A program made the position numbers and the translations under genes. 64,000 nucleotides of DNA, taken from NCBI GenBank assembly GCA_951406725.2, contig OX597822.1:61008001-61072000 (forward strand), in the 5' to 3' direction. A model generated the notes under the pieces. The model did not search any database and was not told the origin of the DNA. It saw nothing but the letters and a program-made list of their open reading frames with translations. Source of the DNA: Octopus vulgaris. Taxonomy: Eukaryota. How positions within the stretch are numbered: the stretch's first letter is position 1; each line of letters starts with the position of its first letter. Positions 11,115-23,591 of the stretch are shown in pieces.

Positions 11115-13106
11115 TAAATTCTTTTTTTAAATGACTTGCTTTGAAGTTTTGCATTCGGTAAAATTTTGTTTATTTTAGTAGTTTTGACCGCATTGGTCCC
11201 TCTTAGCGTGCGGTATCTATGAATAGTAGTACCCTCAATATAATATATGTATATATATATATACATATATACGATGGGCTTCTTCCAGTTTCCAACCACC
11301 AAATCCACTCACAAGGCTTTGGTCGGCCCAAGGCTATAGTAGAAGACACTTGCCTAAGGTGTCAAGCAGTGGGACTGAACCCAGAACCATGTGGTTCGTA
11401 AGCAAGCTACTTACCACACAGCCACTCCTATGCCTAATAAACATGAAATTCTGTCTATCCATCCATCTGGGACCCCTGTATTTCAGTTTACATTTGCTCT
11501 ACATAGACATATTATACCTTTTTGGAATAAGAGTGATTCTGGGATTGAATTTGGTTCTTGAACATCCAGCATTGGGATCAGGTCTTGATGAGGATTTGTT
11601 ATATGCTAACAGTTGAAAATTCAAATTTTAAAGGACTCCAAAAATTTGTGAACTTAAAGTTTTTCATTTAAACTGAATTTAAAGAAATACCATATTGGTG
11701 GGGTACCTATAAATGTTTTATTATTGTTGTTCCTTTTAGTTTTGGGTCACAGGCCCAATTAGCCCTCTGCAAGAGCCAGCTGAAAAGTCCAGTGTGGCTT
11801 TTAATTTAGTGTAGAATAAAATCATAATTAACTGATCTTTCTCTGTTTGCTTTTACTCAAAGCCAGGAACTTTTCAGTACCCCTTGTACATATTTACATA
11901 AATATATACATACATGCACATAAATTACTGGTGCACTAACAGTATTTTATTCCAATGTTAAACTGTACTACAGAATATGTCATTACATTTTTAGCCAACA
12001 CTATATGTACTAACACCATATGACAGATAGAAACACTGTCTTACTTATACTAGCCCAACAAATGTTGACTATATCCAGATCAACTGTTTAAAATCTTGCA
12101 TGTTTAAAATTTTACCTGATGATCATGGATTGTATATTATGATATAATCTTTTATGACTACATGAAACAAAATTGTACAGAAACAGCTATGGCATTGAAA
12201 AATTTTTAATACCATTCATGCTCATTATTTTATTCTTACACCACACCAAAGATCTATTGGTGAGTCAGATCAATGATTACAATCTGGATTTCATATTTTC
12301 ATATCTGTGGTATCCTGCCAGTATATGAAATCTACAATGTTGTTTATTTCGCTGTAAGCTCTGTATTTGTACCTAACCTTACATGTTGGTGTGCCTTGAT
12401 TCTTAAAGAATCCTTATAACTAATTCATATAATGTCTTATTTATACAATAGCTTTGTGAGTACAAAAAGAAGGACCAGCTAGACACGGTGCAATTTGGAT
12501 TTTGTGAGTCACTAATGTCCCTTTTAGCAGCTGATGGAGTCACTGCTCATAAACCGACTATTTTGAAGGGCTTAAGTAAATTTGACCGTAGTAGTAAAAA
12601 CAGAGAAAACTATTATAGTGAGGTAATGAATGAAGTATTTTAGCACAGTCTTGAATGTGTGTCATGAGTGCACCATCACAGAAATATGAAGTAGTGTGTA
12701 TATAAGTGTAGCCAGGCAACTGAGATTTGTGAGTAAGCAAGCCCCAGCTGATTTATAAATATTTATCATCTTCTAGTAACTATTTATCATATTTGATACA
12801 TAAATATTTATATTTAATATTTTTAAAAAATGATATGGTTATATATAGCTACATTGTATTTAACCTGTTAATTTTGTTGACATAGAATAATGAGTACAAT
12901 TTGCACAAGTATAATTACACATTAGGATTTATAATTTTATTTCAACATGTCAGTCTGTTGGTAAGTGTATATGTGTGGAGGGGTTGAGTGGGGAAGGGTA
13001 GAAGAATAGTTTTAAAAAAACAAAAGTTTCAGTGACAAAGATTTCAGAAAATATGTTACATGTAAAGGCAAGTATTTTCATTTGAATGACTGATATCGAC
13101 AGTCTA

Positions 13107-13497
13107 TTACTCTTTTACTCTTTTACTTGTTTTAGTCAAGTGACTGAGACCATGCTGGAGCACCGCCTTTAGTCGAGCAAATCAACCCCAGGACTTATTC
13201 TTTGTAAGCCTAGAACTTATTCGGTCTCTTTTGCCAAACCACTAAGTTACAAGGATGTAAACACACTAGCGTAGCTTGTCAAGCGATGTTGGGGGGACAA
13301 ACACAGATACACAAATACACACACACATATACATATATGTGATGGACTTCTTCCAGTTTCCGGCTACCAAATCCACTCACAAGGCTTTGGTCAGCCCGAG
13401 GCTATAGTAAAAGACACTTGCCCAAGGTGCCATGCAGTGGGACTGAACCCGGAACCATGTGGTTGGTAAGCAAGATACTTACCACACAGCCACTGCT
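13107..13497 (-). mobile_element. SINE family A
   Basis: Full-length match to 3978-4448. Confidence 0.9.
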
Positions 13498-14392
13498 ACA
13501 CCTATGTACAAATACAGCTACATGGTTAAGAATTTCACTATGCAATCATCTTGCCTGGATTCAATCCTATTGTATAACAAAAATCCTATTGCATAACAAA
13601 AATCTCATAACAGACACATCAGAGAAACACAAGCCTTGTAAGTGAAATTACATAGATGTAAATCATGCAGAGGCCTAACAGAACTGTAATCGTTTCTGGG
13701 GTGGTGACCCTAATTTATCATCCTGCTTAACAGATTTAACTAATATTTCTAACTGATTTGAGTAATTGTGTAGTGGTTCTGTTTTTAATTTGCTCTGTCA
13801 ATATTTTAAATTGTTTTGTTTCTGAGGAAATTGAAGAAAATGTAATCCTCTTTAACAGATAAGATTTAATGTCATGCAACTACTTAGTATCTGTTATTGT
13901 GTACTGTAGTATGGGTAAATACAACAAACAAATCTTCTTATTAGTAATCATGAAGACATAAGTTTTTGATACAATGACAAAGAATTTCTTAAGGTCATCA
14001 CTAATGTCTACCTAAACCTTTCTTTTAACACTTTTCAACTTCCTGTAGCTCTTATTGTCTATCATACTAAGCCATACACTAAGCCTTTTGCTTTATTTTA
14101 CCTCTCCACAATGGCATTTCTCTAAAATTTGCTTCCTCTATTTTCTCACTACATACATATGAGAGTTGATGACAGAGAACCTTAACAAGTTTTCTCAGAC
14201 TGAGGTATGCATGGAAAAGTAAATATTAAACAGACAACGATGACAACAACAACGATGATGATGATGACAATAAAGATGAGTTACTAATTGTCAAAGTAAT
14301 TTGATTCTATGAAATTCAGGAGTGATGAGTGTTGGCATTTTAATGCTAATATTGAGATAGGCAGGAAAAGATGGATAATTAATAAGAAAGAG

Positions 14393-14715
14393 TGAAGGTG
14401 CATGGCTCAGTGGTTAGAGCATCGAGCTTACAATTGTGAGGTTGTGAGTTCAAATCCCGGACCAGGCTGCATGTTGTGTTCTTGAGCAAGACACTTTATT
14501 TCACGTTGCTCCAGTTCACTCAGCTGTAGAAATAAGTTGTGACATCACAGGTGCCAAGCTGTATCCGCTGTTGCCTTTCCCTTGGATAACACTGGTGGCA
14601 TGGTGAGGGGAGGCCGGTATGCATGGTCTTCCATAAACAACATTGCCCGGACTTGTGCCTGGGAGGTTAACTTTCTAGGTGCAATCCCACAGTCAGTCAT
14701 GACTGAAGGGAGTCT
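14393..14715 (+). mobile_element. tRNA-derived SINE, family C
   Basis: tggctcagtggttagagc (A box), gagttcaaatccc (B box), then a gtgttcttgagcaagacacttt core-like segment. Confidence 0.8.
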
Positions 14716-15706
14716 CAATAATAAGAAAGAGTAGAAGAAGTAAAGAAAAAACTGTACAAGACTTGCACAGAGGGCCAAAGAATGAGAGACACATAAAAAC
14801 AAAAATCATATTATGTTTCAACAGTTTTCAGGACCCATTTTTTATATCCATCATGAAAGAACAATTGTCTCTTGTAAATTCAATATTTTCTACAAGAATC
14901 TTTCTTGCAATGACACATTGTAAAGACCAAAAGGCATTCCATTTTCAGCTAACTGTTACAATATCTAACAGTGCATCTAGGACACCATGTTTATTCAAAT
15001 CAAAGTATCTCTTAACTATAGTTAAAATATGAGTAAATGAGATATCCGTACTTACACTATTTATGATAGAGAACTTTTGCATACTGCCGATATCAGATAT
15101 CATTAGTTTTTCATGAAAGGCAATTTCATTCCGAATGACGTACCAAAATTTCGTCCTCGTTGATCATTTTTCACAAACTTACTGTTCTGGAAATATTTTC
15201 TGACATGCTGTTTGCAAAGGAAATTGTATGTTCAGTAAAATAACCAGCAATAAGCAATTCACTTTTGGTTGTTAGTTCACTTTCCAAAACTTCTTTCTCA
15301 CACTAGAGGAAGTATACATCAACACTAGATTTAATCATATCAAAACACTTGTTTTACAGAAGTTTTGTGTTTCAATGCCATGGATTTAAGTGCATTTCTC
15401 AGAATGCTATTGCAGCATTTAGAGTGACAAGCTTCATCATTCTTAGTTTGTTGAAGAAAATATTTCAATTCAGGATTTTGCAGAAATTTTTCTTTAGATG
15501 ACTAGAAGCTTTCACTTCATCCCTCAGTATGATAGAAGATAAATATTATACAAATTATCAGAAAATGGACTTCCTCATACATCATTCATGATACATGACC
15601 AAAACTATCACTGAATACTAGTTTCAACAGGCACAATACAACTACTGTGCTAAAACAGTACATGTGTAATATGAAATTCAAATGCATAACCATCTGATAT
15701 TTATGA

Positions 15707-15782
15707 GTGTGTATAGCTTGGTAATATGTACCAAGCTTTTGTTGGGTGTGTATAGCTTGGTAATATGTACCAAGCTTTTGTT
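15707..15782. repeat. Tandem duplication with 39-bp period; each unit contains a 9-bp hairpin
   Basis: gtgtgtatagcttggtaatatgtaccaagcttttgtt x2. Confidence 0.9.
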
Positions 15783-16489
15783 AATAGTTTAAAGTTTTTT
15801 TTTTTTTTTTTTTTTCTGCTGCAAGCTGACGTAGTCACTTCTTAGCCCCCTCACTCTTGATCCAGTTAAACATCAAGGATGTGACAGCTGGTGGAAGAGG
15901 GTGCTGTGCCAACAATCAGGCTGGTTTAATTTTAACTAACTAGACAGAAGCAATATGAAATGAAATGTTTTGCTCAAGGACGCAACAGTCTAAAAACTGA
16001 ACCCATAACCTTATATTCATAAGCAGTTTATCCTAATCACTAGGCCACGTGCCTTCATGCATTTAATTAATGACTAAACTAGCAACAGTATATTTGAAGA
16101 TATTAAAATGATTAATAGTTATTTAAAAGATAGACACACAAATACACACATAGGCACACAAACACATGCCACACACATATACACACTTACATACACACAT
16201 ATATAAACACACACATGCATGTACAAACACAAACACACATACACACCACACACATATACAACCCCCACACACCCAAACACTCACATACACATATACTTTC
16301 ACTTCCAACAAAAATTCTTGGAAATGAACAAAGTATCAGAATACACACTTTATTCAATACATTCGTTGCTGAGCAGTTAACTAACTACTCCCTAAATGGC
16401 ATGTAGAAAATGGAAGACTTTCATTTCTTTGAAATTGACAAAAACCATCCTCCCTCATATCTTACACTTCACAGTCTCAATGAGGAATA

Positions 16490-16534
<45 letters not shown>

Positions 16535-16594
16535 TGTGTGTGAGTGTGTGTATGTGTGTGTGTGTGTGAAAGAGAAAAATGATAGAATAGTATA

Positions 16595-16965
16595 TGTGTG
16601 GTAAATAGCTTGCTTACCAACCACATGGTTCCGGGTTCAGTTCCACTGTGTGGTACCTTGGGCAAGTGTCTTCTACTATAGCCTCGGGCCGACTAAAGCC
16701 ATGTGAGTGGATTTCGTAGACAGAAACTGAAAAGAAGCCCATTGTATATATGTATATACATGTATGTGTATGTGTTTGTGTCCCCAACATCGCTTGACAA
16801 CCGATGCTGGTGTGTTTATGTCCCTGTAACTTAGTGGTTCGGCAAAAGGAACTGATAGAATAAGTACTAGGCTTACAAAGAATAAGTCCTGGGGTCAATT
16901 TGTTCGACTAAAAGGCAGTGCCCCAGCATGGCCGCAGTCAAATGACTGAAACAAGTAAAAGAGTA
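16595..16965 (+). mobile_element. SINE family A
   Basis: tgtgtggtaaatagcttgcttacc..gactgaaacaagtaaaagagta. Confidence 0.9.
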
Positions 16966-17085
16966 GAAAATTTATGCAACGTTATCAGTTGAATGTTAAT
17001 CAGTAATTGATAAATATACATTTGATTTTGGAGAGACTACAATGCTTTATGACAATACTATCTTAAAAATAGTATTAGCACTACA

Positions 17086-17306
17086 TACAAGGTGATTGAA
17101 AAGTTACAACATATTTTAAAATACTTATAAATTATCTATTAATTGTAATTTTTTTCTCAAATTTTTTGTTTGTTTTTTGAAATATAAATAAAACCTTATA
17201 CTAAAAGCTTTCCTCTCAAATCCCATCTTTTTTTTTGGAAAAATTGCAATTAATAAATAATTTACAAGTATTTTAAAATAGGGAGTTACTTTTCAATCAC
17301 CCTGTA
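17086..17306. mobile_element. Tc1/mariner-type MITE with TIRs of about 67 bp and TA ends
   Basis: tacaaggtgattgaaaagttac..ttaattgtaatttt versus aaaattgcaattaa..gttacttttcaatcaccctgta. Confidence 0.85.
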
Positions 17307-17314
17307 TGTGTGTG

Positions 17315-17489
17315 TGTGTGTGGTAAGAAGTTTATTTACCATGCATAATGGTTCTGAGTTCAGTCCCACCGTATGGTACCTCAGGCAAGTGTCTTCTACA
17401 ATAACCTCAGGTTGACCAAAGCCTTGTGATTGGTAGACAGAAATGGAAAGAAGCCTGTTGGATATATATATATATATATATATATACAT

Positions 17490-17555
<66 letters not shown>

Positions 17556-17740
17556 GTATATATAAATGTACTTATGTATATGATGATCTTCTTTCAGTTT
17601 CCCTCAACAAATTCACTCACAAAGCTTTGATCAGCTTGGGGCTATAGTAGAAGACACTTGTCCAAGGTGCCATGCAGTGGGACTGAATGAGGAACCATGT
17701 GGTTAGAAAGCAAACTTCTTACCACTAACCCACATCTGTG
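17315..17740. mobile_element. Two SINE head fragments in opposite orientation around a (TA)n tract
   Basis: + head about 17315-17460 and - head about 17578-17740, both with gttcagtccca and caagtgtcttcta motifs. Confidence 0.75.
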
Positions 17741-18862
17741 CCTGCTGAATTCAAGTGTCTCTATTTGCAACAAAATCACTGTTAAAATACATTTTGGCTC
17801 AATATCAATTACTCCAATTATGACTTGATATAAATTATTACAATTATCACTACACTCTCAGAGTGGTTGGCATTAGGAAGGGCATCCAGCAGTAGAAACA
17901 CTGACTACCTTCTACGTATATTTCCTATTTAGTACTGGGGATATTTCATTTATGAGGATGTGCTCCTGTATTTGTCTGAGAGTGCTTGGATATAATATGC
18001 GTGTGTGTGTTTGTGACGCAACTGGTACATAAAAGCACCCATTACATTCTCGGAGTGCTTGACTTTGGGAAGGGCATCCAGCAATAGAAACCATGCCAAA
18101 TCAGAGTGGAGTCTAGTGCAGCCCCCACCAGCTTATCAGTCCTGGTCAAACCATCCAACCCATGCCAGCATGGACGATGGCTGTTAAATAATGATGATGA
18201 TACACACACACATACACACACACAAAGCACACCACCGACACACACAATAAAATTCAAGACCTCAATCCTGTAGTACAGTACAAGATCAACACAGCTACAT
18301 AGTCATAGTCTGTTAGCATGTTTTGTAAGTATTCAACTAATTTTTCTTCCTTTGCTATTGTGTCTTTGGTGACCAGCCTAGTATAACCCATAGGTATTAC
18401 AAATTTCACATGACAATTCACTATGTAACAATGAAATCACATGTTACTCACAAATGACGTTTATTTCCCTCGATTTTCAGCAAGATTGATTTATATTACA
18501 TTTTATAGTACTATTATTTATTACTTTTGTTCTAATTGTTCAATTATCTAATAATTTGGCACTCCTTACACTGACTCATCTACTCTTCTTTAACTTCCCC
18601 TCTCACTAACTTTTAATTTTCAATGTGATTCCTTCCCAAAAAAGACACTTAACCAGATAAACAGGATAAATAAATATATCTATATAAACATTTATGTCCT
18701 TTTAATTCACCCGCTGTGTAGGTGAATTCAAAAATTTCCTAGTTCTTGGTTACTTGCTATACACTGTTATACTGGGTGTTCAGGCTAAATTTGACGATTT
18801 TTTATTTCCTTTTTACAGGAACTGCTTGATGTAGTGGTGAACAGTTAAGGGCACTAGAGAGC

Positions 18863-19108
18863 ATAAAGATTGAAGTTGTAGTTGACAAAATTTAGTTGAC
18901 ATGGCAGACTAGAAGTCATCTGAATATTGGAAACGGGTTACCTGTATCATGGTAATTCACACCAGGTATCAAAATGCTGACATCATGACTACTGCTCAAT
19001 GCCCTATGAACATTATCAAGGCTGTAAGATGTGACATGTTCATCATGAATGCCTAATTCTAGTCTGCCATGTCAACTAAATTTTGTCAACTACAACTTCA
19101 ATCTTTAT
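18863..19108. repeat. Perfect 52-bp inverted repeat with a 142-bp spacer
   Basis: 18863-18914 is the exact reverse complement of 19057-19108. Confidence 0.9.
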
Positions 19109-19116
19109 ATATATGT

Positions 19117-19685
19117 CCCATCTTAAAAGTGTATGTTATGTTGAGACACAGAATACTGTGGTAGTTACCATGAGAGAACCTCTCATACAGGTTTTCGGTG
19201 CATGTAAACACTTTTGTTTACATCACTAGCAGATGATAAATTACTCCCCATTGCCACCACCAAGACCACCAGATCACATAATTTCAGCCTTCCTTGGTCT
19301 TATACTTGATCACTGGAAAAAGCAACAATATCTCTGTTTGTGATATACACAGATGCTCAGTGCCCAACCAGGCACTGGTGTCACAAATAACCAGTGAGCC
19401 TATTAAAAAATGATTATTAGTGACCAATACCAAAAGGTAATATTTATTTCCACTTAAAAGTGGATGTTATATTAGAACACAAAATACTGCAATAGTTACC
19501 ATAAGAGAACCATCCTCTAGGTTTTCGGTGCACATAAACACTATTGTTCACATCACTAGTGGAAGATAAATTAACAACTATTGACAATGCTGAGACTAAC
19601 AGATCAAGTGATTTCAACCTTCCTTGACCTTGTCAATGATAGACACTTGACTACTGCAAATAGCAGTGATATCTCTGCTAGTCAT

Positions 19686-19762
<77 letters not shown>

Positions 19763-19795
19763 CTCAGTAACTAATCAGATACTGGTGTCACGAAC
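19117..19795. repeat. Diverged tandem duplication, unit about 330 bp
   Basis: cttaaaagtg.atgttat..tagttaccat.agagaacc..ggttttcggtgca..acatcactag recurs at about 19121 and 19453; second copy has a TA expansion. Confidence 0.85.
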
Positions 19796-20555
19796 ATATT
19801 TGTGCATGTGTGTGTGTGTGTGTGATTGTGCCTGTTTGTCTTGACTTCACATGGTAGTTGTAAAGAGTGTTGATGTCATATGAAAGGCATCGTTCTTTTC
19901 CAAACTTCCATGTAAATATATTCAGTCATGGGATAATTATAACTGTGACTGGAAATAAGTGAGTGTCAGCAACAGGAAAGGCATCTGATTGTAGAAATCT
20001 GCCTCAATGAAGTCTACCTGACCCATGCAAGAATGGAAAAGTAGACATTTAACTGATGATAGCACAAACACACACATATATAACAATAAGAATTACTCAA
20101 TGTAAACATAAGGAGCAGCAATTTATTTAGGCCACTCAGTAGCCTGTTACTCTGGAGTTTCTGTAGATTGTAGACATTTCTTCAACCAAATCTGAAGGAA
20201 CAGCTACACACTATGGAAATTCCAGACAAACAGACCATTACGAAGGCCAGAATAATCTATACATGCGTGAGTGTGTGTGTATTTAACAGGGTAGTAGAAA
20301 TAGTAAGTTGATAGAATCTGATACTGCATATTTTACTGTATCTAGGTCAAAATTATATTCTTATGTTTCAAAATCCAACTGCTGTCAACTTTGCCTTCCA
20401 GCTTCACATCATCAATAAAATGAATATGTATTACATCAAATAGTATTCATCACGATCCTAGTGGATAAGAATATTATTATCCTTATTTAGTTATAATTTG
20501 ATCTGAATTAAAACACCTAGTGATAATTGAAAATCAAACCAATCAGGAAGTAGAG

Positions 20556-21810
20556 TATGAGGATGAGCTGAATAGTTCATAGGCTGACTATGAAGGAATG
20601 ACGCTAGAGCTATGAAATGTTGTGTGCATTTTTATTCTTCTTATTAATAGCTGCATTGTTTCTTTCCAGATAAACTGACAATTGACTATTCAAAGAAGAC
20701 TTCAAAAGTAACAGGTTGTGACTTCTCTTGCAAATGGACAAAATTTGGCATCATGGTGTTATCAAGAACCTGCAGAAGAATGGTTTAACCCCCAAGGACA
20801 TTCATGTTGACATGGTTGCTACATTAGGAGATGACACTCCAGATTTATTATCTGCAAAAGTGTGTAGTTGAAATTAGGAGAAGAAGGGATAGCCTTAAAG
20901 ATGACCCAAGGTCTGGACGTCCTGTAACTTCCACCACTGAGTAAAACATTGATCATGTTCACCACATGGTGATGGATGACTGGTGATTGTCTATAAATCA
21001 AACAGCCAATGCTGTTAGCATATCCCATGAGAGATATGAGAATATTCTGCACAATGAACTTGGCATGATGAAGGTTTCTGCTTGATAGCTGCCATGTCTT
21101 CTGACACCTGATCAAGAGTGGGCCAGGCTGATCTCATCACAGGTAAATCTCTCATTGTCTGAGGCTGATCCAGCTTGTTTCCTTGAACGTTTCCTAACCC
21201 AGGATGCGTGTTGAGCTGATCACCTTGAGACAGAGACAAAGAGACAATCCATGCAGTGGAAACACACCCTCCTGGCCTGCTTCAAAGAAGGCCAAGGTCA
21301 ATTCATCTGCAGGGAAAATGATGGTTTAACTGACTGTCTTCAAAAGAGCCCCACATCAATGGAGAGTACTATGCCAGCTTGCTGAAGCAGTTATGAATGG
21401 CTAAATAACCAAACAACTCAGGGAAACTAAATAAAGGGGTCTTGTTTCATTAGAACAATGCTCCAGTACACAAGCCCTTAGTTTCAATGGCTACTGTGCT
21501 CAACTAGCTTTCAACTGGTTCATTACTGTCCTTGTTCTCCTGATTTGGCCTCATCTGACTACCATCTGTTCCTCAACTTGAAGAAATACTTGGCTGGGAA
21601 CTAGTATCACAGTGAAGATGTCATATCTGCTGTTGATGACTTTTTTGATTAACAGGATGAAAGCTTCTTCACTAATGGGATCCAAGCACTGCAACACCAA
21701 TGGAACAAGTGTGGACCGCAAGGGAGGCTATGTCGAAAAATAAATCTCATTAGGTCACATTCCACGGGAATGTCTTGGTCAGCATATGAATTTTTCCGTC
21801 GACCCTTGTA
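20556..21810 (+). mobile_element. Full-length decayed mariner transposon (transposase pseudogene)
   Basis: Imperfect TIRs with TA ends; remnants MDKIW.., DDPRSGRP, ILHNELGMMKVSA, ETKRQSMQWKH, LFH*NNAPVH, SPDLASSDYHLF with stops and frameshifts. Confidence 0.92.
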
Positions 21811-23297
21811 TTACCTCTGTTGCTTACAAAAGTTTTCAGAGTGAAAGGCAGATTGTATGATGCATTTGTATGAACAGCAATGCTACATGGTAGTGAAACA
21901 GGGGTTATGAATGCAGAGTATATGTGAAGACTTGAAAGAAATAAAACTAGCATGCTCAGTGAGCATGTACAGCAAAGAGCAAATGTATTGGGAGAAAAAT
22001 TGGGCAGAAATGGTATCAAATGTAGTGTCAAGAAGGAAGACTGCACTGATATGATCATGTAATGCAGATGGATGAGTACAGAAGCAAGAAAAGCTAATCA
22101 TTAAATATGGATTGAACCTATGGAAGAGAGAGACCCAAGAAGCTGTGGAACAAAGAAGTGAAGACCAACCTCAGAATGTTGAGCCTCGTGGAGGAAATGA
22201 CAAAGGACCAAGATGATTGGTGATACACTGTGCTTGAAAAGATCAATTCATCTTAAGAAAAATGAAGTTCTGAAAATATATTGTTTATGTTTGTGGCTCC
22301 ACACTCAATCTGTCCTTGTTAAGCCTTCCCCCACAACTCACCTCCTTAATATCCATCCATCTATCACTCTCCTAACTATGGCACTAGCCACTCAAGTGCC
22401 ATAATTATATGACTCCACTGCAACAACTTTCTTTTGTTACCTATCCCACTTTCTCAATACCATCCCTTATCCCTTTATTTTCCACCAATGCTCCTTTCCT
22501 CTAAATACCCTCTTATATCTGTCACTGATGCCCTCCATCCATCTTTGTTCACCACTCACTATTTCTATTCCAAATTCCTTTGACCTCTGTATCTATCACT
22601 GTGTATCCCTCTCTCACCTTTCTCATCATCTCTTTATTTCTCATCTATCTAGTTTTATCATACTGTTACTCTCCACACACCCTTATTTTGGATTGTTTTT
22701 TATTATCTCCTATTCCTTGTTTCTGATCCACTCCACTTTTTTCTTTATTCCTCTCCTAACTGATAGTCACCATTAAACATGCCTCTACCCATGTTACATT
22801 CACTGCATTTGCCACTGTCCCCATTTTTAACCATTTGTTGCTCACCTTTCATTCTCTCATGAACTTATCTACCCACCCACCCTATCCTGTTATCTCTTAT
22901 ATTTGCCTTCTACCTTGGGGATATACCCTGACACCTTATCACCATCATTTTTTCTCTCTTTCCTGCTGGGGTAGCTATGTATCTTCTCTACAGTAGGACA
23001 CATGTTCCTGTCCCTCTATCATACATTAACCTCTCAGCAGCTGACATAAAGCTGCTTTCCTTGATACTACACACCCACTCAGCTGAGAAGGTATTGTCTT
23101 GTAAGATACTCTGTAATTTCAGTAGGGTTGTACCATGAAAAAAAAAAAGCACTGAGCACACTCTATAAAGTGGTTGGCATCAGGAAGAACATCCAGTCAT
23201 AGAAAGGAGACACTTGAGCCAAAACCAACCTCTGGCTCATCAGATCCCGTCAAGGTGTCCAACTTAGAAGGTAGATGTTAAACAATGCTGCTGAGAA

Positions 23298-23344
<47 letters not shown>

Positions 23345-23560
23345 CTCATATCAGCGCCACATTAAAAGCACTTGTGCTGGTGCCATGTACAAAGCACCCA
23401 GTACATTCTGTAAAGTGGTTGGTACTAGAAAGGGCATCCAGCCACAGAAACCATGCCAAAACAGACAGTTAGTGCCTGGACAGCTCCCTGGCTGACTAGT
23501 TCCTATCAAACCACCCAATCCATGCCAGCAAGGAAAATGGACATTAAATTATGATGATGA
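21811..23560 (+). mobile_element. Degenerate RTE 3' fragment, pyrimidine-rich UTR-like tract and tail copies
   Basis: KGRLYDAFV..AMLHGSET homologous to 240-340; C/T-rich tract 22320-23100; tail motifs 23150-23560. Confidence 0.7.
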
Positions 23561-23591
23561 CAGACATGCATGCGTATATATATATATATAT

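Larger units (their letters stand above)
10562..11247. mobile_element. Long fold-back palindrome (arms about 320 bp), probable inverted Penelope-like pseudo-LTR pair
   Basis: Arms are near-perfect reverse complements (mirror ORFs 10504+ and 11114- share YYIEGTTIHRYR..SKSFKK); hammerhead fold in each arm; centre made of aataatattgc repeats. Confidence 0.8.
10205..11435 (-). mobile_element. SINE family A, interrupted within its internal microsatellite
   Basis: Tail half about 10205-10455 and head half about 11250-11435 match 3978-4448; short taata duplication at the flanks. Confidence 0.9.
10195..11809 (+). mobile_element. Non-autonomous Helitron-like element, interrupted by a SINE
   Basis: Starts TC and ends TTAG (CTAG variant); inserted between A and T with no TSD; imperfect hairpin 11775-11798 lies 11 nt from the 3' end; short ctgtctatccatccatc repeat near the 5' end. 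Confidence 0.7.
10054..11888 (+). mobile_element. Mariner-derived MITE, split by nested insertions
   Basis: TA+tgagaggctgctgaaaagttcctggcttt and aaagccaggaacttttcagtaccccttg+TA terminal inverted repeats; internal NKCVNLRGKY resembles a mariner transposase C-terminus; halves rejoin as gaggaaaata|tgtagaataaaatc. Confidence 0.8.

Noticed and set aside
10504-11308. Two near-identical 63-64 aa ORFs on opposite strands
   Set aside because: A by-product of the palindrome, not duplicated genes.
13418-13645. Recurrent MPKVP.SGTEPGTMW ORFs (also at 11350 and 16477)
   Set aside because: Antisense translation of the SINE A tRNA head.
14393-14470. tRNA gene candidate
   Set aside because: A and B boxes are present but the acceptor stem is poor and the sequence continues into a SINE body.
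15056-15210. Possible minus-strand exon (acceptor near 15208, GTAAGT donor at 15055)
   Set aside because: All three frames contain stops. It could be UTR or a repeat, but cannot be supported without transcripts.
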